Source of the DNA: Sphingomonadales bacterium
GTDB lineage: Bacteria; Bacteroidota; Bacteroidia; UBA7662
Reading direction: 5' to 3'
Assembly (NCBI GenBank): GCA_016872215.1
Contig: VHAX01000001.1
Coordinates: 54,004 to 118,003 of the forward strand
Length of the DNA: 64,000 nt
Part shown: positions 45,939 to 54,857 of the stretch, piece by piece
Numbering within the stretch: the stretch's first letter is position 1
Layout of the letters: every line of letters begins with the position of its first letter
Notes under the pieces: generated by a model
The model's database searches: none
What the model was told of the DNA's origin: nothing
The model's input: the letters and a program-made list of their open reading frames with translations, nothing else
Position numbers and translations under genes: made by a program

Positions 45939-47879
45939 ATGGTAACCGTACAGCAATTGACCCTGTCGGCCGGGGGTGAAGAACTCGTGGAACAAGCCTC
46001 CTTTCAATTAGGCGGACAAGACCGCGCTGCGCTGATTGGTCGAAATGGTTGTGGCAAAAGCACCTTGCTGCGCGCATTGGCTCGCCCCGAAACCGGGGGC
46101 GGCCGGATCAGCGTGCCCAAAAACTTAAAGATTGGTTATTTCCACCAGGATTTGTTATCGTTTTCCACATCAAGTAGCCTGTTGGAGGTCGTGTCTGAAG
46201 CATTCGGTGATCTGATCCGAATGCGGATTCAGTATGAGGGGAGCCTGTTGTCCGATACCTCAACCGCCGATATAGACTACTGGCAACATCAGGCCGACCT
46301 GCTGGATGAACTCACCCGAATGGATGCTTTTCGGATTGAGGCCATGGTTGAAGAAACCCTAATAGGCCTCGGATTTCTGAGCAGCGATATGGAACGACCC
46401 TACAATCAGTTAAGTGGGGGCTGGCGAATGCGGGCGATGCTCGGAAAGGTACTGCTGCAACGGCCCGGACTTCTGTTACTCGACGAGCCGACCAATCACC
46501 TCGACCTGCCCGCCATCAGCTGGCTGGAAGACTTCATCCTTCGATACCCGCATAGCGTGTTGCTTGTGTCGCACGATCGCACATTTCTGAACCGATGCTG
46601 CAACCGCATTTTTGAGATTGATCAAAAAAAACTGTGGGTCTACAAGGGCGATTATGAGTCGTATGAGGAGCAAAAAATGACGCGACTCGAACAGCAACGT
46701 TTAGCATGGAGCAACCAACAGAAAATGTTAGACCATGAAATGCGGTTCATTGAGCGGTTTCGCTACAAGGCCAGCAAGGCCAGAGCCGTTCAAAGTCGAA
46801 TTAAATTGCTTCAAAAGAAAGAGCTGATCGACGAGGTTCAGGAGGCCGGGCGCGCTCCCCGATTTCGATTTGTCCCGAACCGTAAACCGGGCAAAATGCT
46901 CATGGAATTGAGTCAAATCAATAAGTCATTCCCCGGAATCAGGCTGTTGAACGAGGCCTCGGTTGAATGGGAAAGGGGCGACAAAATAGCACTGGTGGGA
47001 CCCAACGGGTCGGGTAAATCAACGCTTCTGCGCATCCTATTAGGGACGGAGTCGTTTGATGGACAACGACAATTGGGATATCAGGTAGAACTGGCCTACT
47101 ACGCCCAGCACCAGACTGAGTCACTGAATCTAAAGAACAGCCTGCTCGACGAGGCCCTCCGTCTGGCGCAACATTGTACCGTACAGGAGGTGAGATCGGC
47201 TCTGGGTGCCTTTTTATTTGATCAGGATGATATGGACAAGCCTGTAGGTATACTCTCGGGTGGAGAAAAGGCCCGTCTCGCTCTGTCCGGGGTGCTTCTG
47301 TCCCACTCCAACACTTTATTGCTCGATGAGCCAGGCAACCACCTTGACATGGAGTCGGTAGAAGCCCTGATCGATGCTCTGCAAGATTTCGAAGGGAGTT
47401 ATGTATTGGTGGCCCACGATCGCTATCTGCTGGAGCAGGTCTGCAACAAAGTCTGGTATGTGACGGATGGCAAAATCCACGTGTACCCTGGGCCTTTTGC
47501 TGAGTTTACAGAGCGATTGGGCGAACCCTGGAAGCAGTCGCCCGCTCGCCCAGCGGAATCGACCCGGCCTAATGCTTCAAAGCCGGATTCAGACCAGGAT
47601 TCGGCCAGTTCCTACGAAGAACAGAAGAAATTCAAAAGAAAATTGGCGAAAGCCGAACGGGAATGCCGCAAAACAGAAGAAGATTTGTCACGCGCCGAAG
47701 CGAAAAAGGCCATACTTCTGCAGAAAATGGCCGATCCAGTGATCGTGCAAAATTTTGAGAATCTTCAGTCGCTTCAAATAGAATTGCGCCAAACGGAACA
47801 GGAAATTTCTGCGTTATTCCCCTTATGGGAATCACAGCTTGAGGAATTGGATCAGCTGACCGAGTGTCAATCGAATTAA
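45939..47879 (+). CDS. ABC-F family ATPase (Uup-like, with a C-terminal coiled-coil extension)
   Basis: Two ABC cassettes with Walker A motifs GRNGCGKST and GPNGSGKST, and signatures LSGGWRMRA and LSGGEKARL. No TM domain. A charged coiled-coil C-terminal tail (EEQKKFKRKLAKAERECRKTEEDLSRAEAKK). Confidence 0.85.
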   Translation: MVTVQQLTLSAGGEELVEQASFQLGGQDRAALIGRNGCGKSTLLRALARPETGGGRISVPKNLKIGYFHQDLLSFSTSSSLLEVVSEAFGDLIRMRIQYEGSLLSDTSTADIDYWQHQADLLDELTRMDAFRIEAMVEETLIGLGFLSSDMERPYNQLSGGWRMRAMLGKVLLQRPGLLLLDEPTNHLDLPAISWLEDFILRYPHSVLLVSHDRTFLNRCCNRIFEIDQKKLWVYKGDYESYEEQKMTRLEQQRLAWSNQQKMLDHEMRFIERFRYKASKARAVQSRIKLLQKKELIDEVQEAGRAPRFRFVPNRKPGKMLMELSQINKSFPGIRLLNEASVEWERGDKIALVGPNGSGKSTLLRILLGTESFDGQRQLGYQVELAYYAQHQTESLNLKNSLLDEALRLAQHCTVQEVRSALGAFLFDQDDMDKPVGILSGGEKARLALSGVLLSHSNTLLLDEPGNHLDMESVEALIDALQDFEGSYVLVAHDRYLLEQVCNKVWYVTDGKIHVYPGPFAEFTERLGEPWKQSPARPAESTRPNASKPDSDQDSASSYEEQKKFKRKLAKAERECRKTEEDLSRAEAKKAILLQKMADPVIVQNFENLQSLQIELRQTEQEISALFPLWESQLEELDQLTECQSN

Positions 47880-47915
47880 ATTTAGTAGACAACGGAAATA
47901 ATAAACAGCCTATAC

Positions 47916-49229
47916 ATGCATTTGAAAGGATTTCGATTTGTAACATTATCTTTTGGACTTTCTATCCAGCTTTTGTGTAGCAGAAACGCCGCTGCTCAGG
48001 AATTTCCAGGTCTCCTCCCTGAAGACCATACCTACCGACCAAACATAAAAACGGTTCGGTTCTTACAGGGTGACAAGCATTTTTCGGTGCCGATGATGCA
48101 ACTTGGCGATCCAAACGGGTCGCTCGTTCTCCACTTTGATGACCTCGACGGGGGCTTTGTGCCCTACTCGTTTACCCTCATCCACTGCACGGCCGATTGG
48201 ACGCCATCAGGTATGCTCAGCACACAATTCATCGATGGGTTTCAAGAGGATCAGGTAGTTGACTACCGGACTTCTTTTAATACGTTGAAGCCATACACCC
48301 ACTACAAAATCGGCATTCCCACCGAAAATATCCGTCCGACCCTCAGCGGCAACTATCTCCTGCTTGTGTACCGCGACGGTGACCGAAGCGCACCCGTTCT
48401 CACCCGCCGATTTTTCGTGCTCCAACCGCTGATGTCGGTAAATCCCATCATCCGCCGGCCGAGTCGTCCCGATGTCATGGCCATTGCGCATGAAATCGAT
48501 TTTGATGTCAACCTGGGAGAACAGCAGGTCTACAATCCATTCGATGAATTGAAGGTTGTGATTCGGCAAAATGGGCGGTGGGACAACCAAGTGGGGGGAT
48601 TGCCACCGCAGTTTATTCGCAACAATACCATCACATACGACCACAACGACCGCAATATTTTCACGGCAGGCAACGAATTCCGCCAGATAGACCTGCGGAA
48701 CATCCGGTTCAGGGGACAGGGCGTTTCAAAAGTGGAGATCGGGCCGGAATCGGTGCAGATGTGGGCCGAGCCCGAGGAAGGGCGGGCGCACCTTCGCTAT
48801 TTTTCGTATCAGGATTTGAACGGTAATTACCTGATTCAGAGCAATGAAGCCCGTAATTCCGACAATGAAGCCGACTACATCGACGTGACCTTCAGCCTGC
48901 TCCAGCCCTCCCCTCTGCGTAATGCCCGTGTGTATCTTTTTGGCCAGCTAACCGACTGGAAACTGGATTCGACGACCGAGTTGACCTACCACTCTGCCCT
49001 TGGGGCCTATCAAATTACGCTATCCCTTAAACAGGGCTACTACGATTATAGCTACGTCTGGGTCGGGAATGGCAGTCCCCTTGCCGATGACACCTGGTTT
49101 GAGGGAAGCCATCAGGAAACGGAATGCGATTATGAAGTGTTCGTGTACCACCAACCCCCGGTGAGCCCGCGCTACGATCGTCTGGTTGCCTACACCCGCT
49201 TCAACTCCATGAACCGAATGGGGCGGTAG
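47916..49229 (+). CDS. Secreted beta-rich protein of unknown function, tentatively DUF5103 / T9SS plug-like
   Basis: Signal peptide MHLKGFRFVTLSFGLSIQLLCSRNAAAQ. 437 aa, aromatic-rich (YDYSYVWVG, YEVFVYHQ). The family call is from memory only and unverified. Confidence 0.3.
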   Translation: MHLKGFRFVTLSFGLSIQLLCSRNAAAQEFPGLLPEDHTYRPNIKTVRFLQGDKHFSVPMMQLGDPNGSLVLHFDDLDGGFVPYSFTLIHCTADWTPSGMLSTQFIDGFQEDQVVDYRTSFNTLKPYTHYKIGIPTENIRPTLSGNYLLLVYRDGDRSAPVLTRRFFVLQPLMSVNPIIRRPSRPDVMAIAHEIDFDVNLGEQQVYNPFDELKVVIRQNGRWDNQVGGLPPQFIRNNTITYDHNDRNIFTAGNEFRQIDLRNIRFRGQGVSKVEIGPESVQMWAEPEEGRAHLRYFSYQDLNGNYLIQSNEARNSDNEADYIDVTFSLLQPSPLRNARVYLFGQLTDWKLDSTTELTYHSALGAYQITLSLKQGYYDYSYVWVGNGSPLADDTWFEGSHQETECDYEVFVYHQPPVSPRYDRLVAYTRFNSMNRMGR

Positions 49230-49352
49230 AAATACATTATGTCCAAAAGACTCCACACACAGAATGGTGGTGTAATCTAAAGTATGACTAGCTTCACAAT
49301 TCGAAATGGCGAAAGGTGGCGCCGAAGTCAATTGTTTGACAAAACAAGTTCT

Positions 49353-50702
49353 TCACAATAGTTCATTGGCCAGATTGGCCAAATCGGAACGCTCACCCTT
49401 CTGGAGCGTGATATGGGCGAACAGTGCCTGGCCCTTGAGCCTGTCTATGAGATACGACAAGCCGTTCGACTCGGTGTCGAGGTATGGTGTATCGATCTGG
49501 TGAATATCGCCCGTAAAGATAATTTTTGTGCCCTCACCGGCACGCGTGATAATCGTTTTGACTTCGTGCGGCGTGAGATTCTGGGCCTCGTCGACTATAA
49601 AACAGACCTGCGAAAAACTCCGTCCGCGGATGTAGGCCAGCGGGGTGATGGCGAGCTTTTCCTGCTGCACCATTTCGTTTATTTTATGGAAATCTCGGTC
49701 GGCCTCCCCAAATTGATTCTGGATAAACCGGAGATTGTCCCACAGTGGCTCCATGTAGGGGTTAAGCTTTGACTTGATATCGCCGGGCAGATACCCGATG
49801 TCTTTGTTGCTAAGCGGCACAATGGGCCGGGCCAGGTACAGCTGCTTAAATTGTCGCCTCTGCTCGAGCGCTCCAGACAAGGCAAGTAGCGTTTTGCCTG
49901 TGCCAGCAATTCCCTGAAGAGTCACCAAACGAATGCGGTCCGACATAACGGCGTGGAGTGCAAAGGTCTGCTCGGCATTTCGGGGTCGGATGCCGTAGGC
50001 GGGACGCTTATCCACCTTCTCCAATTGTCCTTCTTCTGCATGGAAGCAGGCCAATGCCGACTCCTTACCATTTCGTACTATCAGGAATTCGTTGGGGCGC
50101 AGGTCGGGCAGTATGAGCTCTGCCGGATCGCAATAGCCGGTTTGGTAGAGCTGGTCGATGAGTGCCCTGGAGACCCCTTCGATCACCCGAAAACCGGTAT
50201 AGCTATCGCCATGGTCCCTGATCTTTCCGTGACGATAATCCTCTGCTTCCAGTCCAAGCGCCTTCGCCTTCAGTCGCAGGTTCACGTCCTTGGTCACCAG
50301 TATCACTTGTCGACCCGGCTGGGTCTCCACCATGTGCATGGCCGCATTCAATATTCTATGATCGGCTTTCCGTTCCCCAAACACTGTATGGGCATCGACC
50401 CGCGTGCTTTCGTTCATTTCCACTTTCAACAGCGATTCATGTACCGCATTCAGCGGGATCCAGTCTTGCAGGCTGTGCTCGCTTGCCAATTCATCCAGCA
50501 TTCGGATGAAACTGCGGGCCTCATAATGGAGGCTGTCGTTGCCCTTCTTGAACTGATCGAGTTCTTCCAAAACGGTAATGGGCAGCACCACATCGTGTTC
50601 ATCGAAGTTTTGGAGCACGTTGTGGTCGTGAAGGATTACAGAGGTGTCAAGTACAAATATCTTTCTGATTTTGCCGTTGGGCTGCTTCTTTTTGGCGGGC
50701 AT
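49353..50702 (-). CDS. PhoH2-type protein: N-terminal PIN domain fused to a PhoH-like ATPase
   Basis: Start at the internal ATG 50702 (MPAKKKQPNGKIRKIFVLDTSVILHD...), a PIN-type start with acidic residues. PhoH Walker A LQGIAGTGKTLLAL and C-terminal ...TGDIHQIDTPYLD block. Confidence 0.8.
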   Translation of the reverse strand: MPAKKKQPNGKIRKIFVLDTSVILHDHNVLQNFDEHDVVLPITVLEELDQFKKGNDSLHYEARSFIRMLDELASEHSLQDWIPLNAVHESLLKVEMNESTRVDAHTVFGERKADHRILNAAMHMVETQPGRQVILVTKDVNLRLKAKALGLEAEDYRHGKIRDHGDSYTGFRVIEGVSRALIDQLYQTGYCDPAELILPDLRPNEFLIVRNGKESALACFHAEEGQLEKVDKRPAYGIRPRNAEQTFALHAVMSDRIRLVTLQGIAGTGKTLLALSGALEQRRQFKQLYLARPIVPLSNKDIGYLPGDIKSKLNPYMEPLWDNLRFIQNQFGEADRDFHKINEMVQQEKLAITPLAYIRGRSFSQVCFIVDEAQNLTPHEVKTIITRAGEGTKIIFTGDIHQIDTPYLDTESNGLSYLIDRLKGQALFAHITLQKGERSDLANLANELL

Positions 50703-50791
50703 AGGTCGGATGTGTAGGGCGGCCGAAATATGAGAAAAAAACGCTCCCTTTTGGTTTATCTTTGTGCCCGTCCACAAAAATTACTGACAAT

Positions 50792-51973
50792 ATGAACCCA
50801 GAAGTTTGGATTGTTGGTGCCGCGCGCACCCCCATCGGAAGTTTCAACGGGGCGCTTGCCCTTCTTTCGGCGCCAAGACTGGGGGCCGTAGCCATCAAAA
50901 AGGCCTTGAAAATGGCTGGCATTGCCCCTGATCAGATCGATGAGTTGTTCATGGGCAATGTGATCAGCGCCAACATCGGTCAGGCTCCGGCCACACAGGC
51001 TGGTATTTATGCTGGAATAGATCCCCATACTCCGTTCACCACGATCAATAAAGTATGCGCCAGTGGCATGAAGGCCATTATGTTGGGGGCGCAGGCCATA
51101 GAGCTCGGTCAGGCCTCGGTTGTGGTGGCCGGAGGAATGGAGAGTATGAGTCAGATCCCATACTACCTCGATCAGTACCGCAACGGTGGCCGGTTGGGTC
51201 ATGGTCAGGTAGTGGATGGCATTCTTCGGGATGGTTTGACGGATGTGTACCACCAATACCATATGGGCAATGCAGCTGAATTGTGTGCTTCTGAGCACAA
51301 CATCACCCGTGAGGAACAGGACGAATACGCTGTTCAGTCCTACAAACGTTCGGCACAGGCCTGGAGCGCGGGGAAGTTCAAAGCGGAAATTGCACCGGTG
51401 GAGGTTCCGGTTCGGGGTAAGGATCCGTTGGCGGTGGATACCGATGAGGATTATACAAAGGTCAACTTCGATAAAATAGGAAGTCTGAGGCCGGTATTCG
51501 ACAAGAATGGTACGATCACAGCGGCCAATGCTTCGAACCTCAACGATGGCGCTTCAGCGGTTGTTTTGATGAGTCGGGAGCGCGCCGAACAATTGGGCAT
51601 TCGCCCTTTAGCGCGGATTCTGGGATACGCTGATGCCCAACAGGCGCCGGAGTGGTTCACCACGGCCCCGGCCAAGGCGATTCCATTGGCCCTGAATCGG
51701 GCCGGCAAGAAGGCATCCGCTGTCGATTTTTATGAGATCAACGAAGCATTTTCTGTGGTCTGCATCGCTAACAACCGACTATTGTCGCTCGACCCTGCCC
51801 GTGTAAATATTTATGGGGGTGGCGTTTCGTTGGGGCACCCCATTGGAAGCTCGGGTTGTCGAATTGTCGTAACCCTCGCCCACCTACTGCGTCAGGAGGG
51901 CGGCTCCTTAGGAGTAGCCGGGATCTGCAATGGCGGTGGTGGTGCCAGTGCCATGGTGATTGAGCGCATTTAG
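50792..51973 (+). CDS. Acetyl-CoA C-acetyltransferase (thiolase II)
   Basis: Start at the ATG 50792 (MNPEVWIVGAARTPIGSFNG). Active-site Cys block NKVCASGMKAI. C-terminal GICNGGGGASAMVIERI typical of thiolases. Confidence 0.9.
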   Translation: MNPEVWIVGAARTPIGSFNGALALLSAPRLGAVAIKKALKMAGIAPDQIDELFMGNVISANIGQAPATQAGIYAGIDPHTPFTTINKVCASGMKAIMLGAQAIELGQASVVVAGGMESMSQIPYYLDQYRNGGRLGHGQVVDGILRDGLTDVYHQYHMGNAAELCASEHNITREEQDEYAVQSYKRSAQAWSAGKFKAEIAPVEVPVRGKDPLAVDTDEDYTKVNFDKIGSLRPVFDKNGTITAANASNLNDGASAVVLMSRERAEQLGIRPLARILGYADAQQAPEWFTTAPAKAIPLALNRAGKKASAVDFYEINEAFSVVCIANNRLLSLDPARVNIYGGGVSLGHPIGSSGCRIVVTLAHLLRQEGGSLGVAGICNGGGGASAMVIERI

Positions 51974-52070
51974 TTTTTTAGATGCTTACCGCTGCGAATG
52001 CAGTGCGCCTCTGAAAAGTAAATGATCCACTCCTCTTTTAAGTTATCGAGTTTGGAAATAAGAACAGAAA

Positions 52071-52505
52071 ATGAAAAAATATTCGGTTTTCGTCATCCTA
52101 TGCGTATTTTTTTGCATGTCGAATCGGGCTCTGGCCCAACATGCATTGCCCAAGCCGGAAGTTTTTTATGATTCTGTACGCGCTTTGGGATTTCGGAATC
52201 CGACTGTCATTTATCAGCTTGGGATGTGGGAATCTGCCAATCTGCGTTCCCGAATTGCCAAAGAACGGGCGAATTTATTCGGGTTGAGGGCTCGGTCCGG
52301 GTACTTACGGTTCGATTCCTGGATGCATTGCCTGCGATACATGAAAAAATTGGAGGAAAGGAGGTATGCCGCCTATCCCCATAAGAAAAAAGGAGATTAC
52401 TACGATTTCATTGCCTGGTGGGGCTACAACACCGGGCGGTCATATGACCCCCGTGAATTTGGTTTTGTTGAAATCATCAAAAAAGTACCGCCACCAATCT
52501 ATTGA
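52071..52505 (+). CDS. Small secreted glucosaminidase (GH73)-domain-like protein
   Basis: Signal peptide MKKYSVFVILCVFFCMSNRALA. GMWESANLRSRIAKERANLFGLRA resembles the E.GWG.S.L....NNLFGIK glucosaminidase core. Confidence 0.4.
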   Translation: MKKYSVFVILCVFFCMSNRALAQHALPKPEVFYDSVRALGFRNPTVIYQLGMWESANLRSRIAKERANLFGLRARSGYLRFDSWMHCLRYMKKLEERRYAAYPHKKKGDYYDFIAWWGYNTGRSYDPREFGFVEIIKKVPPPIY

Positions 52506-53140
52506 TGCTTTATAGACTTAAACCGGTCGCGTATGGCCTGCTTATGGGCGGTGCGCATCATTGAGAAATCCAATATGTTGAGCTGACCTTTGAAATAGCC
52601 GCTGACTGCCTGGTTTTGGGTCGTTCCATCTCGGTTTGCATTGAAGCCCACGTTAATTTCATAAATTATACCTGATTTTTTCACTACAATCGGGCCCCCA
52701 GGAACATCCGTATTCAGGTAATATTCAATACCATCCTCAGCGGCAAAATCATAGGCGATCAGGGCGAATGCATCAACAAAGGTTCCGGCTGCCCGTTGGT
52801 TTGCGAACATATACGTGCCGGGTGTGAGTTCTGTGTTTCCGGAACTGTTCAGATCCATGTATAATGCCTGTCCGGTACCGCCCACCGAATCCAACGAAAA
52901 ATAGATGCCATCAGAAACCAATAAAACATCCCAATCCACACTCAGGGAATCCGAGTTTAGTCCCCAATACAACAAATATCCTTTCGACAGCGTGTATGAC
53001 TGACCGGCCACAGTAAACTCGTTTTTAGGCTCGGGTTCCGGCTCGTCTTTTTTGCAGGATGTCATGAAAAAGGAACTTATGAATAATACAATTAGGCCAA
53101 TCTGTGCCGTGAATCGCGTAAAAGAAAGAGTCTTCATCAT
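52499..53140 (-). CDS. Lipoprotein of unknown function
   Basis: Starts at the internal ATGs 53140 or 53137 (MMKTLSFTRFTAQIGLIVLFISSFFMTSCKKDEPEPEP), with a lipobox Cys. A 7-nt convergent overlap with the upstream gene. Confidence 0.5.
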   Translation of the reverse strand: MMKTLSFTRFTAQIGLIVLFISSFFMTSCKKDEPEPEPKNEFTVAGQSYTLSKGYLLYWGLNSDSLSVDWDVLLVSDGIYFSLDSVGGTGQALYMDLNSSGNTELTPGTYMFANQRAAGTFVDAFALIAYDFAAEDGIEYYLNTDVPGGPIVVKKSGIIYEINVGFNANRDGTTQNQAVSGYFKGQLNILDFSMMRTAHKQAIRDRFKSIKHQ

Positions 53141-53254
53141 CGGGGGGAATATAGTGAGGTTAACGAAATAAATCGGCAAATTACAAAATTGAAGCTAAAG
53201 TTGGGGACTAAATCCGATTCAAACCCGGATATTTAGCGGAAAATTCATTCGTGC

Positions 53255-54808
53255 ATGATGCATTCTAGGTATTTCCTGCTATTGCTCACGTTTTGGCTGT
53301 TCGGTTGGCATTCATCTGCAGCACAAATCAACCGAAAAACGGATTGGGACGACCTCGATGCCTATCTCCGTCAGACCCGGCAGAATTGGGGCACACCCGG
53401 AATGGTGGTCGGCATTGTGAAGAACGGAAACATGGTTTTTTGTCGCGGCTACGGCGAAAAAACTCTGGGTCAGAACAATCCACCAGACGGCAACACCTTG
53501 TTTGCCATTGCCTCCAATACAAAAGCCTTTACCGCCACAGCCATGGCCATGCTGGTGCAGGAAGGGAAAGTTCGATGGGACGATCCGGTACGGCAATATC
53601 TTCCATATTTCTCCCTCTATGACCCCTGGGTAAGTGAGGCTTTCACCATACGTGACTTGCTATGCCACCGCAGTGGATTGGGAACCTTCAGCGGCGATGT
53701 GCTGTGGTATAGGTCCATCCTTTCCGCGCCCGATTTAATTAAACGCTATCAACCCATTGAACCCGAATTCCCGTTCCGTTCGGGTTATGGCTATTCGAAC
53801 CTGATGTATATAGCAGCCGGTGAGGTCATAGCAATCGCCTCCGGCCAATCCTATATGAAATATGTAGAAGACCGCATCATCAAACGCCTGGGTATGAGCA
53901 GGAGTACGTTCCGACTCTCCCAACTTACCACCTTAGGCAATGTTGCACAACCCCACGCGTACAGGGATAGCCATCACTTCCCCATACCGTGGGTGAACTG
54001 GGAGACTGTGGCGGCTACCGGCGGCCTGCTTTCTTCCGTACAGGATCTGGCACGCTGGGTCGAATGGAACATCGGTCACGGTGTCTGGCAGGGCGACACC
54101 CTCCTGACTACCCGCCTACATAACCAGCTATGGACGCCTCACAACGGCTTTCAGGTCGACCATAGTAAGTCCGACAAAACCAGTAGCTTTAGTACATACG
54201 GACTCGGGTGGCAACTGAGTGACTACAAGGGGCATTTTCGCGTGCACCACACCGGTGGATATGATGGAATGATATCCTCCGTACAAGTATTTCCAGATCT
54301 TGAAATGGGTATTATCGTGCTCACCAACGGCGTTCGCGCTCCCATAACCGCCATTCCCAATTATATAGCGGATAAAATCCTGTTTGGACGGAATGAGCGT
54401 GACTGGTGCGCCGAGCATCTTGTCAAGCAAGAAAAAAGGGAAAACAACGACACCAGAATCGCCACCCGGGTAGCTGCAAGGGTGCTCAATACGCAGCCGG
54501 GACTCACCACCAAGCAGATTATGGGCGTATACCGATGTCCGATGTATGGAGACATCACCCTGAGCACAAAAAATGACACCATACAGATGGAATTTTCCCA
54601 CACCCCATCATTCAACTGTCGGTTAACACACTGGCACTACAATACCTGGAAAATGGAGTGGAACGAGCCCCAGGCCTGGTTCGGACACGCCACTGTTCAG
54701 ATCATAACCGACCCCAACAAAAATCCTGTAGGACTGGAATTTGACGTGCCCAATGATGATATTTTCTTCGAAGAGATCAAAGCGAAGAAAATCGAGAACC
54801 AAATATAA
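53255..54808 (+). CDS. Serine hydrolase of the beta-lactamase/transpeptidase superfamily (class C-like) with a C-terminal lipocalin-like (DUF3471-type) extension
   Basis: Signal peptide. SxxK motif FAIASNTKAFTATAMAML. YxN-like motif YGYSNLMY. About 120 aa extra at the C-terminus. Confidence 0.7.
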   Translation: MMHSRYFLLLLTFWLFGWHSSAAQINRKTDWDDLDAYLRQTRQNWGTPGMVVGIVKNGNMVFCRGYGEKTLGQNNPPDGNTLFAIASNTKAFTATAMAMLVQEGKVRWDDPVRQYLPYFSLYDPWVSEAFTIRDLLCHRSGLGTFSGDVLWYRSILSAPDLIKRYQPIEPEFPFRSGYGYSNLMYIAAGEVIAIASGQSYMKYVEDRIIKRLGMSRSTFRLSQLTTLGNVAQPHAYRDSHHFPIPWVNWETVAATGGLLSSVQDLARWVEWNIGHGVWQGDTLLTTRLHNQLWTPHNGFQVDHSKSDKTSSFSTYGLGWQLSDYKGHFRVHHTGGYDGMISSVQVFPDLEMGIIVLTNGVRAPITAIPNYIADKILFGRNERDWCAEHLVKQEKRENNDTRIATRVAARVLNTQPGLTTKQIMGVYRCPMYGDITLSTKNDTIQMEFSHTPSFNCRLTHWHYNTWKMEWNEPQAWFGHATVQIITDPNKNPVGLEFDVPNDDIFFEEIKAKKIENQI

Positions 54809-54857
54809 ATTATATGTTATATAAAATTTTATGATTAAACTTTAATAGTTAAAAATA

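Noticed and set aside
49953-50717. A 254-aa plus-strand ORF opposite the PhoH2 gene
   Set aside because: It is fully antisense to a well-supported PIN-PhoH CDS and has no recognisable motifs.
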